Below are positions 13,147-26,901 of a stretch of 64,000 nucleotides of DNA, one piece after another (within the stretch, counting starts at the first letter, position 1; every line of letters begins with the position of its first letter). Origin of the DNA: Dicyema japonicum (lineage: Eukaryota; Animalia; Dicyemida); NCBI GenBank assembly GCA_011109175.1, contig RDEW01000038.1:491155-555154 (forward strand), written 5' to 3'. The position numbers and the translations under genes are program-made. The notes under the pieces were generated by a model, which saw nothing but the letters and a program-made list of their open reading frames with translations, searched no databases and had not been told where the DNA came from.

Positions 13147-14019
13147 TTCGTTAATTATCGCTTAAGTCTTTAAATAATTAAAAATAGGTTAAAAATTTAA
13201 TATTACAGAAATATCAAGTTCATCAATTTTGAAAAAATCATAAAATACCACTTTTTTGAATCTCATCAGACATTTAAGTGATCTATTTCCTCAATAAAAT
13301 AAATAAAATTATTCAAAAGACAAGGAGTATACTAACTAATTCCTAACTTTCTCCCAACACAGTGATCTAGAGGACGTTGTCCTAGTAGCTGAGGTCGATT
13401 CTAATCGAAATTGTCTCCTAATCGAAATAACAGTTGAATCCTTTTGAATTGAATGAATGATTTCAATGAGATTCAGTTTGTTCTAAAATAATAATAGCAC
13501 TACTTGGCTGAAGGACTATTATCTTATTGAGAAATTATTTGCTTTTTTCAAATATTTTATCTTTCTTAAAAATTAAAATAATGTCGTAATTTTGATGACC
13601 TAATTTATTAATGTAACAGAAATCCTTGAATGAATACAGTCTATAACAGACTATAAATGCCAGCTTTGAGTTCTTACAACCTCAGATGTAAGCATGCGAC
13701 AACCTTATGATAAAAATATAATGAACTAACTTTAGATGATTCATCCATTTACAGATCAATTCTATCTTATGTTTCCTTTTTCGAACATAAAAATTTCAAT
13801 CCTATATCTTGCTTTCTTTATCTCTCTTCATTGTTGCTTTAATACAAGCAATTTGTTTTTCTGACCATTGAGCAAGCTTGTACACCATGTAATGCTGTCT
13901 CTCCCTGTCGGTGCAGAGCAAACTGGAGATACAGAATCAGGATGATGAAGAGGCAATCAATGGTAGGAAAAACAAATTGTTAGGGTTAGGGTTTTTTACT
14001 TAGATTCTTTAGCCCGAGG

Positions 14020-15330
14020 TTTGAAAAAAAGCTCTCCGACTTTGATGCACTATTCAGTCATCAGTAAAGAGAGTGACAAAACGGGGTCGAACTATATCTG
14101 GAAACTGTCTTATATACTCTTAATCCTTAAGCCTGGGAAGCCTAAGGACAATCCTGCATCATTTCGACCAATCTCTTTACTATGCACTCAAAATTATTGG
14201 AAAATTGATTCTTAGTCTTATATCCCCGTCCCTTCGTTTTTCGTCCTCACAAAATGGATTCAGAAGGGGTCATTCAACTTCTACCCACCTAACTTCCCTT
14301 AACCAATTTATCCTCGTCACCTCAAAACAGTCGTTTGTTCGATCGATTTACAAAAATCCTTCGACTCTGTCTCAAGTAAATTCCTAACTCGGAAATTGTT
14401 TTTCTCCCCGTCAACCCCAATATAAAACTTTGGCTTGCTAACTTCATCAATGGAAGAAGGGTCCGGGTATACATGGATGGGACTAAATCAGTTTCAAAAT
14501 TACTACTAAATGGAGTCCCACAAGGTTCCCTTTTATCACCAGCCTTATTTAACTTATATATGTCCGATTTACCACAACCCGATATTAAAGACGATTTCCT
14601 CCTATCATATGCTGATGACCTATTAATCGGATCCTGCGATCAAGATATCCTAAAGGTATCAGAAAGACTACTACAATACCTCAACAAGATTCAAATATGG
14701 CTAAATTATAACCGGCTTGATAAATCTACTTAAAAACTTTTTCGTCTTATTTACCTCAGACAAACGACTTGGACAAATGACAGTGGATATATTTATCAAC
14801 CAGACAAAAATACCTTTCACGAAGAAACTGAAAATCTTGGGAATCACATTCGACACACACCTGTTCTCTTCATCTCACGTCGAGGCGTCTCTTGAAGCTG
14901 CTCAAGAAAGCTAGGGATAATCAAAACTATTTTCGGTGGCATTAAAACCCCTTTCCCAGCTTTGAAATTGTTGTACAAACAATTCATTGAGCCCATCTGT
15001 CAGCAATGCCTTTACGTCATAGGGAATCAATCTGTCCTGGACGAACAAACAAAGAATGCGCGACATTCAGGCCTTAACAGCCATTACTATTAGTAATATC
15101 GAGAAACTAGAAAAACTAATACCCTCATCACTTGAAGACCTTATCCGACAAAATAGAAAGGGATTTGCTACCCTGTGCAGGCAGTGCAACTCTCAACAAT
15201 ACACAGCCATGAGAAGGGTATACATCACCCCTCTCCTATTCCCGAAACCACCCCGCCCACAGAGAAGTTGTGTTGAGTCCCAGAAGGCGCACAAGGAGAA
15301 AATGAGAAATTTGATTGAGGCTCGTTACGA
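14020..15330 (+). mobile_element. Degenerate Jockey/I-like non-LTR retrotransposon (RT and C-terminus)
   Basis: LKPGKPKDNPASFRPISLL, QNGFRRGHST, GVPQGSLLSPALFNLYM, SYADD, LKILGITFD. Confidence 0.9.
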
Positions 15331-17049
15331 TCGTCGTTTAAATGCATTGAAAATAATTTCGATTTTCCCATAAATAGGATATTTTTGAGAATATCGTTTT
15401 GTAGACAAAAATAAATACTTGTAATCAGACAATGCTACGTAGTTCAAGAATTACCATATCAAAATACTCTGTATATTTGTGTTATATCATGGAATATAAA
15501 GGAGGCGCAAGTTTGTATATTAAGGCAATGGTGAACAAGGTTTTGAATTTAAGCACGATAAAGCCTTTTCCAGAGAAAATCAAAAGCATGTCACCAATTA
15601 ACCAAAAATTTATTATTATTGGTAATTTATAACAAATCAATATCTGCATTATGCAAATCCTATCATTGATTTTCTAATACTTTTTTATATTAATGCTTTG
15701 ATATACTGCAAAGCCCATTCCATAGTTATACTTTAGTTTTCTGAAGGCATGCAACATTCATTCCGTATTGCTGTATATCTTGGAAAAACTGAATTTTCGC
15801 ATATCAGAACCTGTTCTTTTCACATTAAAAGTAAGAACAAATTTTTTCTTTCTCAGAGTTTTCGAGAGATAGAGGCACTAAGTGCTAGAGATTGATGTCA
15901 CCACCTCACCCAAAACTTGTGAGACAATGACAAAATTACGTTTATTTATCCAGAGCCATCGGACATTTATTCCATGGTTAGATCCGATGATTTCCGAAAA
16001 CACCAGTGATTGTTTGAGCGTATCTTCCTGGCAGTCCTTAGGGGAAATAGTCATGCAGTCATGGACGCAGCTATCTGATTATCCCGAATTTGTCAGAGAT
16101 AAAATACGTATTGTTTTGACAGTTTATTGGGCAGAAAATAGCACTTCTGAAGGCCTTAAAAATTTAGGAATTATGTGGGTTTTACAAATGCTTGCTAAAT
16201 CTTTTGGGGATTTGGGGTAACATGATATCTTTTTATGTTTCGGCATACTTGCAGGATCACATGCCTTCTGACTGACATACTTTGCAGGATCACACCAGAC
16301 AATAAGACTTTTGTGGTAAAAAATTCTGTAATTAGTATTACCACCTAAATATATACATTTTAATGCTAGTATCGATCATTTACGACTTTGATATTTCTTA
16401 ACTTTTTATACAAGTTCTCTGAAAGTGATCCTCCGAAATGTTTCGGTACTTCCTACTCTTCTGCTCTCTGGCTTGCTTAAAAGCACGGCCTGGGTCTGAA
16501 GCAGAGATTAAAGCGGTCAAATTTTTCTGAGAGCATGTATCAACACAGTCTCTGAACGCCTTTTCTTTAAGGCTTGAAACCATCATAGTCTTGTGGGAAA
16601 ACGCATTAAAATTGATTAAGGAAATACTTTATTTTATGGTCCTAAATGAGGTCGCAGTTATTTATATAGTATCATCTTCCTCCAAAAGAAATTTTTTTTT
16701 GCAATGAGTCTTAATATGGTTTCAGAAATTGGAAGAAGTTCATCTCTCAAACGAAGAAAAGAGGGAACCGAAACTAAAGGGTGAACCGAAAACTACTAAA
16801 CAAAGAACGCCGCGAGGAGTTACTTTGCGAACTTTACTTTTCAGAATAACAAGACATTACCATTTCACATAAATGAGGGAATTATTCAATTTCTTGGCTG
16901 TCGTAAATTAATTTATTGGTTTCCGAAATAAAAGTGTGTATTATCCAAGTCGCAATTGGCTCAGTAACTGGGAAATAATCTCCAATTTTATTTTCAATAT
17001 TCTTGCCATTGTCAATGCGGCAGGTTTTATTAAATTTTCGTTAAGAAAC

Positions 17050-17890
17050 ACTGCTCTAGGGCCTTTGCTTTTTGCAATGACAATTGACACAGTGACACGA
17101 AGCATAAACTGTTAAGTCAACCTGTGGTACTTGGACGACGCCACAATAGCTGGCGCATGGGAGAACGTATATCAGAATATTTCTTCAACCATTCCAGCTC
17201 TAAAGGACAAGTGTCAACGTTATGAAATCGGAACTGATCAATATTTCCTGCTCATCTCCAAACTTTTCTACTGCCTGCCAAGAATTCAGATCCTTACTTC
17301 CAGGTTTCAGCATATCCTCCTTGGACAAGGTACACTTCCTTGGCTGCCCTCTCGGAAACGACGAGCTGGAAAAATGCCTTACCAGTAAGAATAATGAAGT
17401 TGAAGCCTTTACAATGAGAGTATCATTTTTGGATCCACATGTGTCTTTCTTCTTGCTCAAAAAATGTATTACCGTGTCGAAAATGATGTACATTTGAGAT
17501 GTTCATCATGTTTTGAACACAGGAATGCTCTATTGTCGACTGATGTGACTCTGAGACGATCGGCGGAGTCAATGCTGAATGTCAAATTCGATGATCTGGG
17601 CTGTACTATGTGCAGACAACCAGCGAGAAATGGGGGCATTGGGTTGAGATCCCCCCTTGAAGGCGCCCTGCCTGCCTACTTTTCATCTCTGCAGTCTCTT
17701 GGTCCAAGCAGTCCTACGTAACGGAACCGGACATTACCTTGGACTTGGAGCTTGACAGTGTTTGCAAGTTGTGGGATAAGTTGGACTTGGAATTCCCGTC
17801 GAACTTCGCTTGCCAAAAGAGTTGGGACTCAATTGCATGTATGAGCACTTTGGAGGCCGGGAAGATTTGTTTGCAAACTGGTGAGAACAG
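17050..17890 (+). mobile_element. CRE-like (RLE-type) non-LTR retrotransposon RT fragment
   Basis: LGPLLFAMTI, NLWYLDDATIAG, FLGCPLG, PARNGGIGLR. Confidence 0.75.
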
Positions 17891-19239
17891 ACATACACAC
17901 AAAATATAGAAACTGTAAAATTTAATTTTAAATTAAAATCATTATAAGTGTTAAATAACGAGGTCTTTTTTTGTAAAGATTTTATTAATTTTCTAATAAA
18001 ATTTTCGAAATATTCCAAATCTTGAGGATGTATCAAAAACAAAGGTGTTCAACCCTCGAGGTCTGTTCCAAAAAAAGGTTAGACTGTATTACTTGATTTA
18101 GAACCATTTGAATGGGTTTTCCCCGTAAGAAAATAATTTTAAAGTTTATCTCTAATACTTTTAAATTAGTTAATTTTTACTAACAAATCTCATTTGATGC
18201 CTTCATCTAATTATATTATATATAAAATACATCGAATCCTGTAAAATCAAACAATCATTAAAATAATCGGGAAAAGATTTTATATTCAAAACCAGCAAAA
18301 GAAGCAACATTTTATTAATTACCGAGCAAAAGCCTTAAAATAATAAGAAAAATGTTAAAAATTTAAGCTCCTTAAAATAAGTATGTCATTTTTGCTGAAA
18401 TCATAAATCTTCATTTTTGAATCCTCATAAAGATTGAATTTTATTTTCCACAAATCAATAAAGCTTTGATTTGAGAAATGGAATTCCTTTTTGGTCTCAA
18501 AATATTGTTTGTAAAGTGACTAGTCTCAGATCGACTAAGAATTATCGCCCTTAAATCGCATATTTGCAGTTTGGTCAGTTATCATAAATATTTGTATCAT
18601 GACGGATGCATTCCAACTTTTTTTCTAATAAACACGGTTTAATTCAAAAACAGCAGTTAACAACTACTGGCTGCTCTCATAATTGGGAACGCATTTCCCC
18701 TGACGATTAGCAAGGAAATTCAGTCAATGAGCCAGCTCTTTTCTCTTTTATCATTTTTCTTCTTCGCGATGAGCGATCCGATTCTGTTTAGCAGAATTAG
18801 TGACCTGGTTTAACAGTCTATAAATACCAGCTTTGAGTTCTTACTACCTCAGAAATAAGCATGCGACATGACCACGTCTATCACCGACCTGCTAGCGTGG
18901 ATAATTAATTGAGTCATACTCACATTTGTTAGAGATATTATTTCTTACATCTATTGACAGATATTATTTCTTACATCAGTTCGCACAATTGCGATCGGAA
19001 CCCAAGACTAACTGTTAAAATCGCTAAAGAATCTCTCCTAGGATGGTGAAGACATCTAATAAACTTGTCGTGGCCAGCAGATGAGAGGCAGCACGCAACG
19101 AGGAGTTACGTTAGCGGGAATAATCTATATCCCGATGCCCAGGGATAAAGTTTGATATATAGAATGCCTTCAAATTGTTAATGAGGGAATGTATTTTGGA
19201 TGCTTGCTGGATGAGACAGCCAGAAATTGACCGGCTTGT

Positions 19240-20040
19240 ACACCTAGGCGTAAGCAGCCCTAGCGCACGGAAACGAATTCATTTTCGCACCAGAGTTCAG
19301 CAGGGAAACCCTTAGGGCCCTTGCTTTTCGCTTTGACGATTGATAGTATAGTGCACGACATAAACTGTGTATTCAACTTTTAGTGCTTGGATGATGCCAC
19401 AAAAACCGGTCAATAAGAGAATGTCACGATGTTTCTTTAGTTATTCCAGCTCTGCACGAAATGGGCCTAAGTGTCAGCATTAAGAAGTCTCTTTTTCAAC
19501 CCCATATTTTTAACTGCGTACTACGCATTTAAGACCTTACTACCAGGGATCACCATCACTTCCATGGATAGGGTACACTTTCTATGATGTTCGCTCGGAG
19601 ATGCAGAATCAAAAACCAGCTTCGCAACTAAGGTAAAGTAGTAGAAGTTTAAACGGAGAGAATATCTTCCTGAGATTCATATGTTCTTTTTTCTTACTCA
19701 AGAGATGCACTTGAGAAGTTCGGCTCCGCTGCTGAGGCATGGGAAGAGGTCAGATTTCTGATGCCAGGTCGCTGACGGCAACAAACTCACCTGGAGACGC
19801 GACAGAAAAGTTGGACTACTGGAAAATCCGAACGTACGAATCTCTCTGGGAAATGCATCATTTCGTGCTTGTGTCGATTGAGACTTCCGGGGTCATGTGA
19901 CAGATGACGAAGGTCTTTCTCTACGATATCAAAAGAAGGATCGTTTTGGAGAGAAACGAACCCCAGCGAGGATTTTGGTCGAGACAGAGGCTCCAAATGG
20001 CAGTGATCAGAGGGAAGCTCACCAATCCTGGGCTCTTAGT
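19240..20040 (+). mobile_element. CRE-like non-LTR retrotransposon fragment (degenerate)
   Basis: GVQQG-PLGPLLFALTID and LDDAT motifs, DNA-similar to 17050-17150. Confidence 0.65.
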
Positions 20041-20917
20041 TACAGGACTTTGGTTGTTTCAACTGAATTGTTTTTATTGATAAAAAAAATAAGACGAAAA
20101 ATTAAACGTTTGCTTCCCACACCTTTACAGTTCTCACTCCACTCTCCTCTTAGAGGATTCTGCAAGGACCGCGGTTTCTTGCATTTCGGCTAAATTCATT
20201 TGAAGAAGAACGCCGATTAGTCCTAAAAAATTCACCTCAATAATTGTTTTTTGAAATGAAATGAAAATTTCAGACCACGGTAAAACTAACTACTCACGTG
20301 ATCTCGGGATGCTCCAACAGATACCTCAACTTACCACGATGTTTTTCCCTTGAGACCACAAAAGACGTATCTGACGTATAATTGGATGCTTGTGTCGCAT
20401 GGGCACGCTTTTTGGTTCATTCAGATACGGAATTCCATAGGCATTGGGATGACAATTACACAACTCCACCACTCCGTAACTTTAAAAGCCATTTGATTTT
20501 GTTATTAAGTTGAGATTGTACGCGGAACATAATAGTAAAATAAAAAAGAGAAAATGCTCATTTTAGAAAAAAACTCTGTTTTATAGCGGAGGTACTTAAG
20601 TCTCTATTAGATGGTCGCATTATCAATATGATCCATCATATTCGATTTCCAATATGCGATTAAAGCTGTCCAATTTCAAAAATGCTGTTATGTATGGAAA
20701 CAGAAGGTCTTAAAATTTCGATTATTAAAATTGTAGATTTCCCTTGTAGTGGACTGGTGGGTGATTTCATATGCAGGCATTCTAGTAGAGATTAGAAAAT
20801 ATAGATTGATGAGATGCTTGAATGTATCAATCATAACATATTGATTGAATGGGTATAACAAATTGATTATATTTCAAATACTCTTATAAAATTGCTATTT
20901 TAGTATAAATCAGTTTG

Positions 20918-22771
20918 ATGGATATTGTAATTATCATAATATTTCCTTTTATCAACTCACAACCACGAGTGACTACGCAGAATGGAATTGTCGAGGGAAC
21001 CACAATTCGACATTTGGATCAAGACATTGAAAAATTTGTTGGAATTCCATTTGCCAAACCTCCTTTGGACAAATTGAGATTTCGGAAACCTGAACCTCCT
21101 GTAAATTGGTCGGGAATATTCAAAGCCGATAAATTACCCAATTCCTGCATTCAAGGGGTCGACTACAGCTATGGACAATTTTCAGGCGTTCAAATGTGGA
21201 ATGCAAACACAAATCGGAGCGAGGACTGTCTTTACTTAAATATTTGGAAACCAAGAGAAATTACAGAACCTTTGGCTGTTATGATATGGATATATGGGGG
21301 TGGATTTTACAGTGGAACATCAACACTAGATATATATGATGGAAGCACGTTGGCGGCTACAGAAAATATAATTGTCGTCTCTATAAATTACAGAGTCGGG
21401 ATGTTAGGATTCATCGCCCTTGGACATGAAAATGCAAGAGGAAATACAGGATTGTACGATCAATTAATGGCCATGAAATGGGTTACAGAAAATATTGAAC
21501 AATTTGGAGGTGACGTTAAAAGAATCACAATTTACGGAGAAAGTGCAGGAGCTGCCTCAGTCAGCATTCACATGGTTTCCAAACTTAGTCGACCCTACTT
21601 TTCTCGGGCAATATTAGGTAGTGGATCAGCCACAAGTAGTTGGGCGATAGCTCCTTATGAAGAAATAAAGCGAAGGTCGCTGCTGATAGCGATAAAATAC
21701 CTGAATTGTCCAGGAACGGTGAAAGACGTCGATTCAATACTCGAATGTCTCATAAAAATAAAGGATCCAATGCTTCTTGCAAAATATGAATTTTACGCGG
21801 TGAATGGTATTTCTCAGTTTCCGTTTGTTCCCGTTATCGACGGTCATTTTCTCACGGAACACCCATCCGAGTCACTAGCAAAAGGGGAATTCAAACGATG
21901 TCCTTTATTAATGGGGACCGTCAAAAACGAAGGGAATTACTTCATTGTTTACGAATCTCTCAGAACATACGATTTCCAAAATGGAAGTAATCTCAACTCT
22001 GCGTCATTCTATTGGACAATGTCTCGCTTATTTTATTATTATCCGATCTATCCATTTATCATTCCGTCTCTGATCCTCGATGCAATCAATTTTATATACA
22101 TTCCATGGGAGAACCCTGAAATGACTCAAAACAGCGCCTATAACTCCGCGGTGGATGCTGCTGTGGGAGATGCCTTTTTTATTTGCGGAATAAACATCAT
22201 TATGGAAGCCTATGCATACGAAAATATTTCAGTTTATTATTACAAATTTTGGCACAGGTCCTCATCAAGCGAATGGCCTCAGTGGATGGGAGTAATACAC
22301 GCAGACGAACTTTTTTATACATTTGGGGTACTTCTGAACCAAACTTATAAGTACTATCCCGAGGAGATTGAACTTTGCAAACGAATTCTCAGATATTGGG
22401 GGAACTTTATAAGAACGGGGTTCGTGAAATTTACCTTTGCTTTACAATATTTTTATAAACATATTTTAGAGACCCTAATAGACAAAATAACATCGTTTCT
22501 GGTCAGCTTATTCCACATTGGCCTTTGTTTACTCACTATAATAAGCAGTACATATATTTCAAAACAAAATACGACGCTGAATCTGAGTTGATTGGTTCGA
22601 ATCCACGTGCATTTCACTGTGCATTCTGGAATATATTCCTACCGAAAACCCTCACTAGTATAATTATTGTGATATGCAGAATTAAATGATTATAAAGGCA
22701 ATCAAAATGGAATTTCCAAAATATCCTCTTTTTACTTGATTTTCATAATTTTACATTTTTTAAATCTTTGA
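20918..22771 (+). CDS. ACHE: Acetylcholinesterase (cholinesterase), 3 exons, probable GPI-anchored form
   Basis: Signal peptide, MWNAN (choline-site Trp), SEDCLYLNIW, WIYGGGFYSG, GESAG (Ser), NEGNYF (Glu), WMGVIHADE (His). Removing introns 22420-22469 (50 nt) and 22658-22679 (22 nt) gives GDPN..HCAFWNIFLPK and a hydrophobic tail SSFYLIFIILHFLNL, stop at 22769-22771. Confidence 0.93.
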
Positions 22772-22867
22772 ATAATCAGTCTCTTATATTCCAATAATTA
22801 ATTTGAAAACAACAATTTCATGTTGTGCTCGCACTATGGTTATATTTTACGGTTAGTTGATCAACAA

Positions 22868-23140
22868 ACAGGTAACGCTTGGTAGTTATGTGACTCGAGT
22901 CGTGATTAGCTATAGGTTCGACTCTCAAACCCGTACTTCCCTGGTCGCTGATTTCCTTTCTGCTCTGTGTTTTATTAAGATCCTGAGAGGCGTCATTTGT
23001 CTCAGGGGACATCTGGCCAACATTCATAGAGTTCACTGGAGGGGTTCCCTCATTGGCAGACGTGGATAGTGGAAAAGATGCTTTTCACTCCGATTATTGA
23101 AACTGGGTATACTTTAATTGGATGTTAATTATCTCTTAAC
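22868..23140 (+). mobile_element. tRNA-headed SINE-like element, family A
   Basis: B-box-like GGTTCGACTC near 22915. Core GAGGCGTCAT and CACTGGAGGGGTT shared with 47115-47425 and 50250-50570; GAGGCGTCAT also in 53555-53865. Confidence 0.6.
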
Positions 23141-23168
23141 CTTTTTTTCGATATATAAGGGTTAATTA

Positions 23169-24733
23169 TGTCGCGAGCGCTACCTGCAATATCGATTTTT
23201 TCCCTCGAAATTAAACGAATAGTCTTAAGACACTCACAAGTCAAACACAGTCAGATAACATAATTTATTTGCAAAACCCCAACTAACTAAACAAGGTAAG
23301 AGCCATTAACTAAAGAGGAAAGCCAAAATTTGGGGTCGTCTATATCGGGGCACTCTTATGTCTCTTCTTACGCAAACCTATATTGTCAATGTAATTAACT
23401 AACCTCATCTCCTTTCTCGAATGAGTATTTTGAGCAATGAACACCCATTTTTCTGTTCATTCTTTTGAAATAAGGGGAATTCAAATCTATTGGACAATGC
23501 ATGAAGTCAAATTCTATGAAATAATAAAAAAATTGATAACCTGCCTCTCCACTTGATTTAACGAATCTCTCTGTTTCAATTGAGTTTCTAAATTTCGCAT
23601 AACTATCAAACCATTCACAACTGCTTCATCATTTTTTTCAATGTAGCCTACATAAGGGAGAATTGGATTAAATCCTTTGATGCCTCTGTAACGACGAAAC
23701 GGATTGTCACCTAATTTATATATAAGGCCTGTTGAACTATGATAACTAAGATTATAAAATTGGACAGCTTTTTTAATCTGTTTTTTCCAACATTTATTTG
23801 GATCATCAAACAACATCTTCGACAAAGTTCGAGTGATTGTCTGATTGAATCTTTCTACAATTCCTAAAATAAAAATAATTCAATTGTATACCTTGACTAC
23901 GTGGGTTGTTTGACGTGAATGAATTTGAATAATGTTATATTTCTTGCAAATTGCAGTGACATGTGAGTTTTTAAACTCGGAGCCATTGTCCGACTGTAAA
24001 TATAAACATGGTCCATAATCCATGAATATATCCTCAAGGTTGTCAGCCAACTTCCAAACCACTTTTTTTCTTTAAGCTTTTTGTAACAGCCATATTTTGA
24101 ATAAATATCAATAGTCGTTAAAAGCCACGAATAACCATCATTATGCTTGCTAAACCTAGAGAATATAAAAAAATTGATACCTTTTAAGATCGATTAAATC
24201 TATTTGAAATCTCTCATTAGGCCGAGTTGCTATTATATGATTTTCTTCATCATATTCCTTAAGACTTTTGGCAAAAAGACATGTCTCACAATTGGAAACA
24301 ACATCGCAAATAACATCTCTTTTCACAAAAAAAATATCGTTCTTTACAATATGCTTCTAGGATGTTTTGGCCACAATGTGTTAAATCATGAATTTGAGTA
24401 GCGACAAACTTCATTTCCTCAACGTTGTCCGAAACAATAACCAATTTATCGCCTTCTGGGTCTTTTAGATACATTCTTCCTCCTTTAAGAACGAAGCTCT
24501 TGGACTTTTTTCGGATCCTGCACATAGCATATGCAGACACATCAGTAGGTAAGCCTCCTTCCAGAATAATTTTGAGATTATCATATTCAACATATGTCTT
24601 AACAAGCAAGCGTGACATAACTAAAAATTAGAATTTAATCCAAAAGAACAATTTTTATAGATTCAAAAAAATTCAAAAAATTCAAAAAATCGATATTGCA
24701 GGTAGCGCATAGTTTCAAATAGCGCTCGCGACA
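23169..24733 (-). mobile_element. Ginger-like DNA transposon (integrase-type DDE transposase with TIRs), decayed
   Basis: TIRs TGTCGCGAGCGCTA..CCTGCAATATCGATTTTTT at both ends (TGT...ACA). Coding motifs HDLTHCG, QIDLIDL, TIDIYSKY, LQSDNGSEF, QGIVERFN, YNLSYHSS. No clear target-site duplication. Confidence 0.8.
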
Positions 24734-24789
24734 TAATATAGGGTTTCTCAATGCGACATTACAAAGGCTTAAAAATCTTTGGCTAAAAC

Positions 24790-25315
24790 GGAAAGGATAT
24801 AACATAAAACGAAGGATTATGTTGTACGACACTTTCGTCAAACCAATTCTACTATACAACTCTGTGACCTGGGCCACCTCTAAAGAGGAATTGGAGAGGC
24901 TAGACTCATTTCACAGGAATCATCTAATCATAACTGGAATGTCCTGGCCATCCAAGATCTCGCGGAATGGACTGTACAATAAGTGTGACTGTATACCATT
25001 AAGCCACAAGATCATTAGCTCTCGTTGGAGACTTTTTGGACACGTCCTGAGGTTGGACCCGATATCCCCTCCGAATATCGCAATGGAGATTACTACTCCT
25101 CCAATGTTTCGTGGAAGACCGAGAACTACTCTTCCGGTTGTTCTACAAAACGATCTGAAAGCCGTGAAGAAAACATTGGCATCTAATGACGATCTGGACT
25201 CACTGAGGGACCTAGCAAAAAACAGAAGACTTGGAGCAACCTAACTAATTCTCTTATATTTTTTGCTGCACATGCTATAAATATTATGGCTCTCGTGAAA
25301 GTGCTAATAATAATG
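24790..25315 (+). mobile_element. RTE-clade retrotransposon 3' fragment
   Basis: LYDTFVKPILLYNSVTW, SRWRLFGHVLRL, RGRPRTT, (TAA)n tail. Confidence 0.85.
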
Positions 25316-26050
25316 TGTTTTTCTTTGTTTTAAGACCCGCAAGATTCCTGATTTCCTCTCAAAGTCGGTCAGAAATTGAAATAACATGCATTCACTCTTA
25401 TCAGGAATTGAGGTTAATCCTCTTCCAAAACTATTCCTGCTGGGATATAATCTTTCTTTGTTAGCAGGTTTTAAATGCACTCGTAAGTTAGAGAGTATAC
25501 GCCTGATTTCTAAATCAATAGCTTCGAATTCACGTGGTTCAATGTCGATAAGCCCAATATAATAATTATACAGCGAGAGTGCGTATTCATTTATCGCTTT
25601 AAACAAATTTACAGCGTTTAATTTCGAATTCGCCAGCATCTCTATTCTTTTCTTCACATTTTCAGCAATTTTTCCATAACTTTGTCTTTCATAACCGTAC
25701 TCCCTTTATCTTCTAACACTCCAAGATAGCGATATCCCTCACAACCATCCAGATAACTTGTATCTTTGACACATTTCAGATTAGTCGCAGACTTTTCACA
25801 GTTTCTTTTAAGCCAACAACACTCAATATCCTCCATCATTTGTAGAATAGTATCTTTATATTCGGCAATTATTTTCAGGTCGTCAATAAAAAGAAAATGG
25901 TTAGTCGCATATGTCACAATAGACGGATCACTTTGATACATATCTTCGGAAATTTTATATTTAATATTCGGCTTAGTGGGTTCATTACCAGAGTAAACAT
26001 CTGGGGAGAGAGTGAGTCTCCTTGCAAGATTCCTATTCCAAGTTTGATCT
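25304..26050 (-). mobile_element. R4-like (RLE-type) non-LTR retrotransposon RT fragment
   Basis: GILQGDSLSP, NHFLFIDDLK, YRYLGVLE, LNAVNLFKAIN, ERLY..R..GRGL. Confidence 0.8.
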
Positions 26051-26054
26051 AAAC

Positions 26055-26800
26055 CTTAGTTGTAAATATTATCAACGAATTTGTCACTTTCCCCATTCAA
26101 TGTTTCGTTTACGGCATTGTTGATCATTTCTTCTGTAATGGTATCTTCAATTTTTACGGAATCACGAATCTTTTCAATTTGATTCCAACAATTAAATATT
26201 AAATTTGGATCAAGTTTTTCCCAGCTTTTAGAAATTAGCAGAATTACATGACGAAGAATTCATCATCCTCCTCAAAACACAAATACTGAATCAGATAATT
26301 TGAGTAATAATCTTTAAAGTTCTTGATAATTCCCATATCCAATGGTTGCAAATACGGTGTTGTATTTTTTGGCAAAAATAAAAACTCAATATTTGAGCAT
26401 TCAATAATTTTATGACATCCCGCATTATCAAACAATATTAATACTTTTCTGTTAATTGTATAAAATCTTTCATTTATCCGAGTCAACCAGCTCATAAAAA
26501 TATTTCCAGTCATCCATGCATTTTTAGAGAATGAATAAGAAATTCCAAAATCTTTCACATTGAAATTTTTGAGACATCGAGGGTTTTTAAAATTTCCAAC
26601 AATAAATGGATCAAGTTTTTCCCCCATGGAATTGAAACAAAGAAGTACAGTGACTCTTTCTTTTCCCTGTTTAAAGCCAAAAGTATCGTCATTTATTCCG
26701 ACAAACGACTATCGTGGAGTCCTTTTTATATAAAGAGCAGTTTCATCACAATTAAAAACATTTTGTCTTCCATATTGAATAATTTTCTCGTCAAGAATTT
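26055..26800 (-). mobile_element. pogo/Tigger-like DDE transposase fragment
   Basis: FNCDETALY, NAWMT, ILFDNAGCH, FLPKNTTPYLQPLDMGII. Same family as 60800-62297. Confidence 0.9.
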
Positions 26801-26901
26801 AAAAAACTCATTGATTGTATTATTATTTAATTATCATATTAAAAAACTAGAAATAACAATTTATTTAAATAAAAACTGAATTTGAATAATTTATTTTTGT
26901 G

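Noticed and set aside
13980-13991. TTAGGGTTAGGG telomere-like motif
   Set aside because: Only two units; expected by chance in 64 kb.
15430-16590. Short ORFs on both strands (15882-16220 +, 16398-16586 -)
   Set aside because: No recognisable motif or consistent splice model. Could be a decayed element or gene, but cannot be supported.
22420-22591. ORF-track C-terminus of AChE (FVKFTFALQY...)
   Set aside because: Read-through of the 50-nt intron. The spliced frame restores the conserved GDPN..CAFW.
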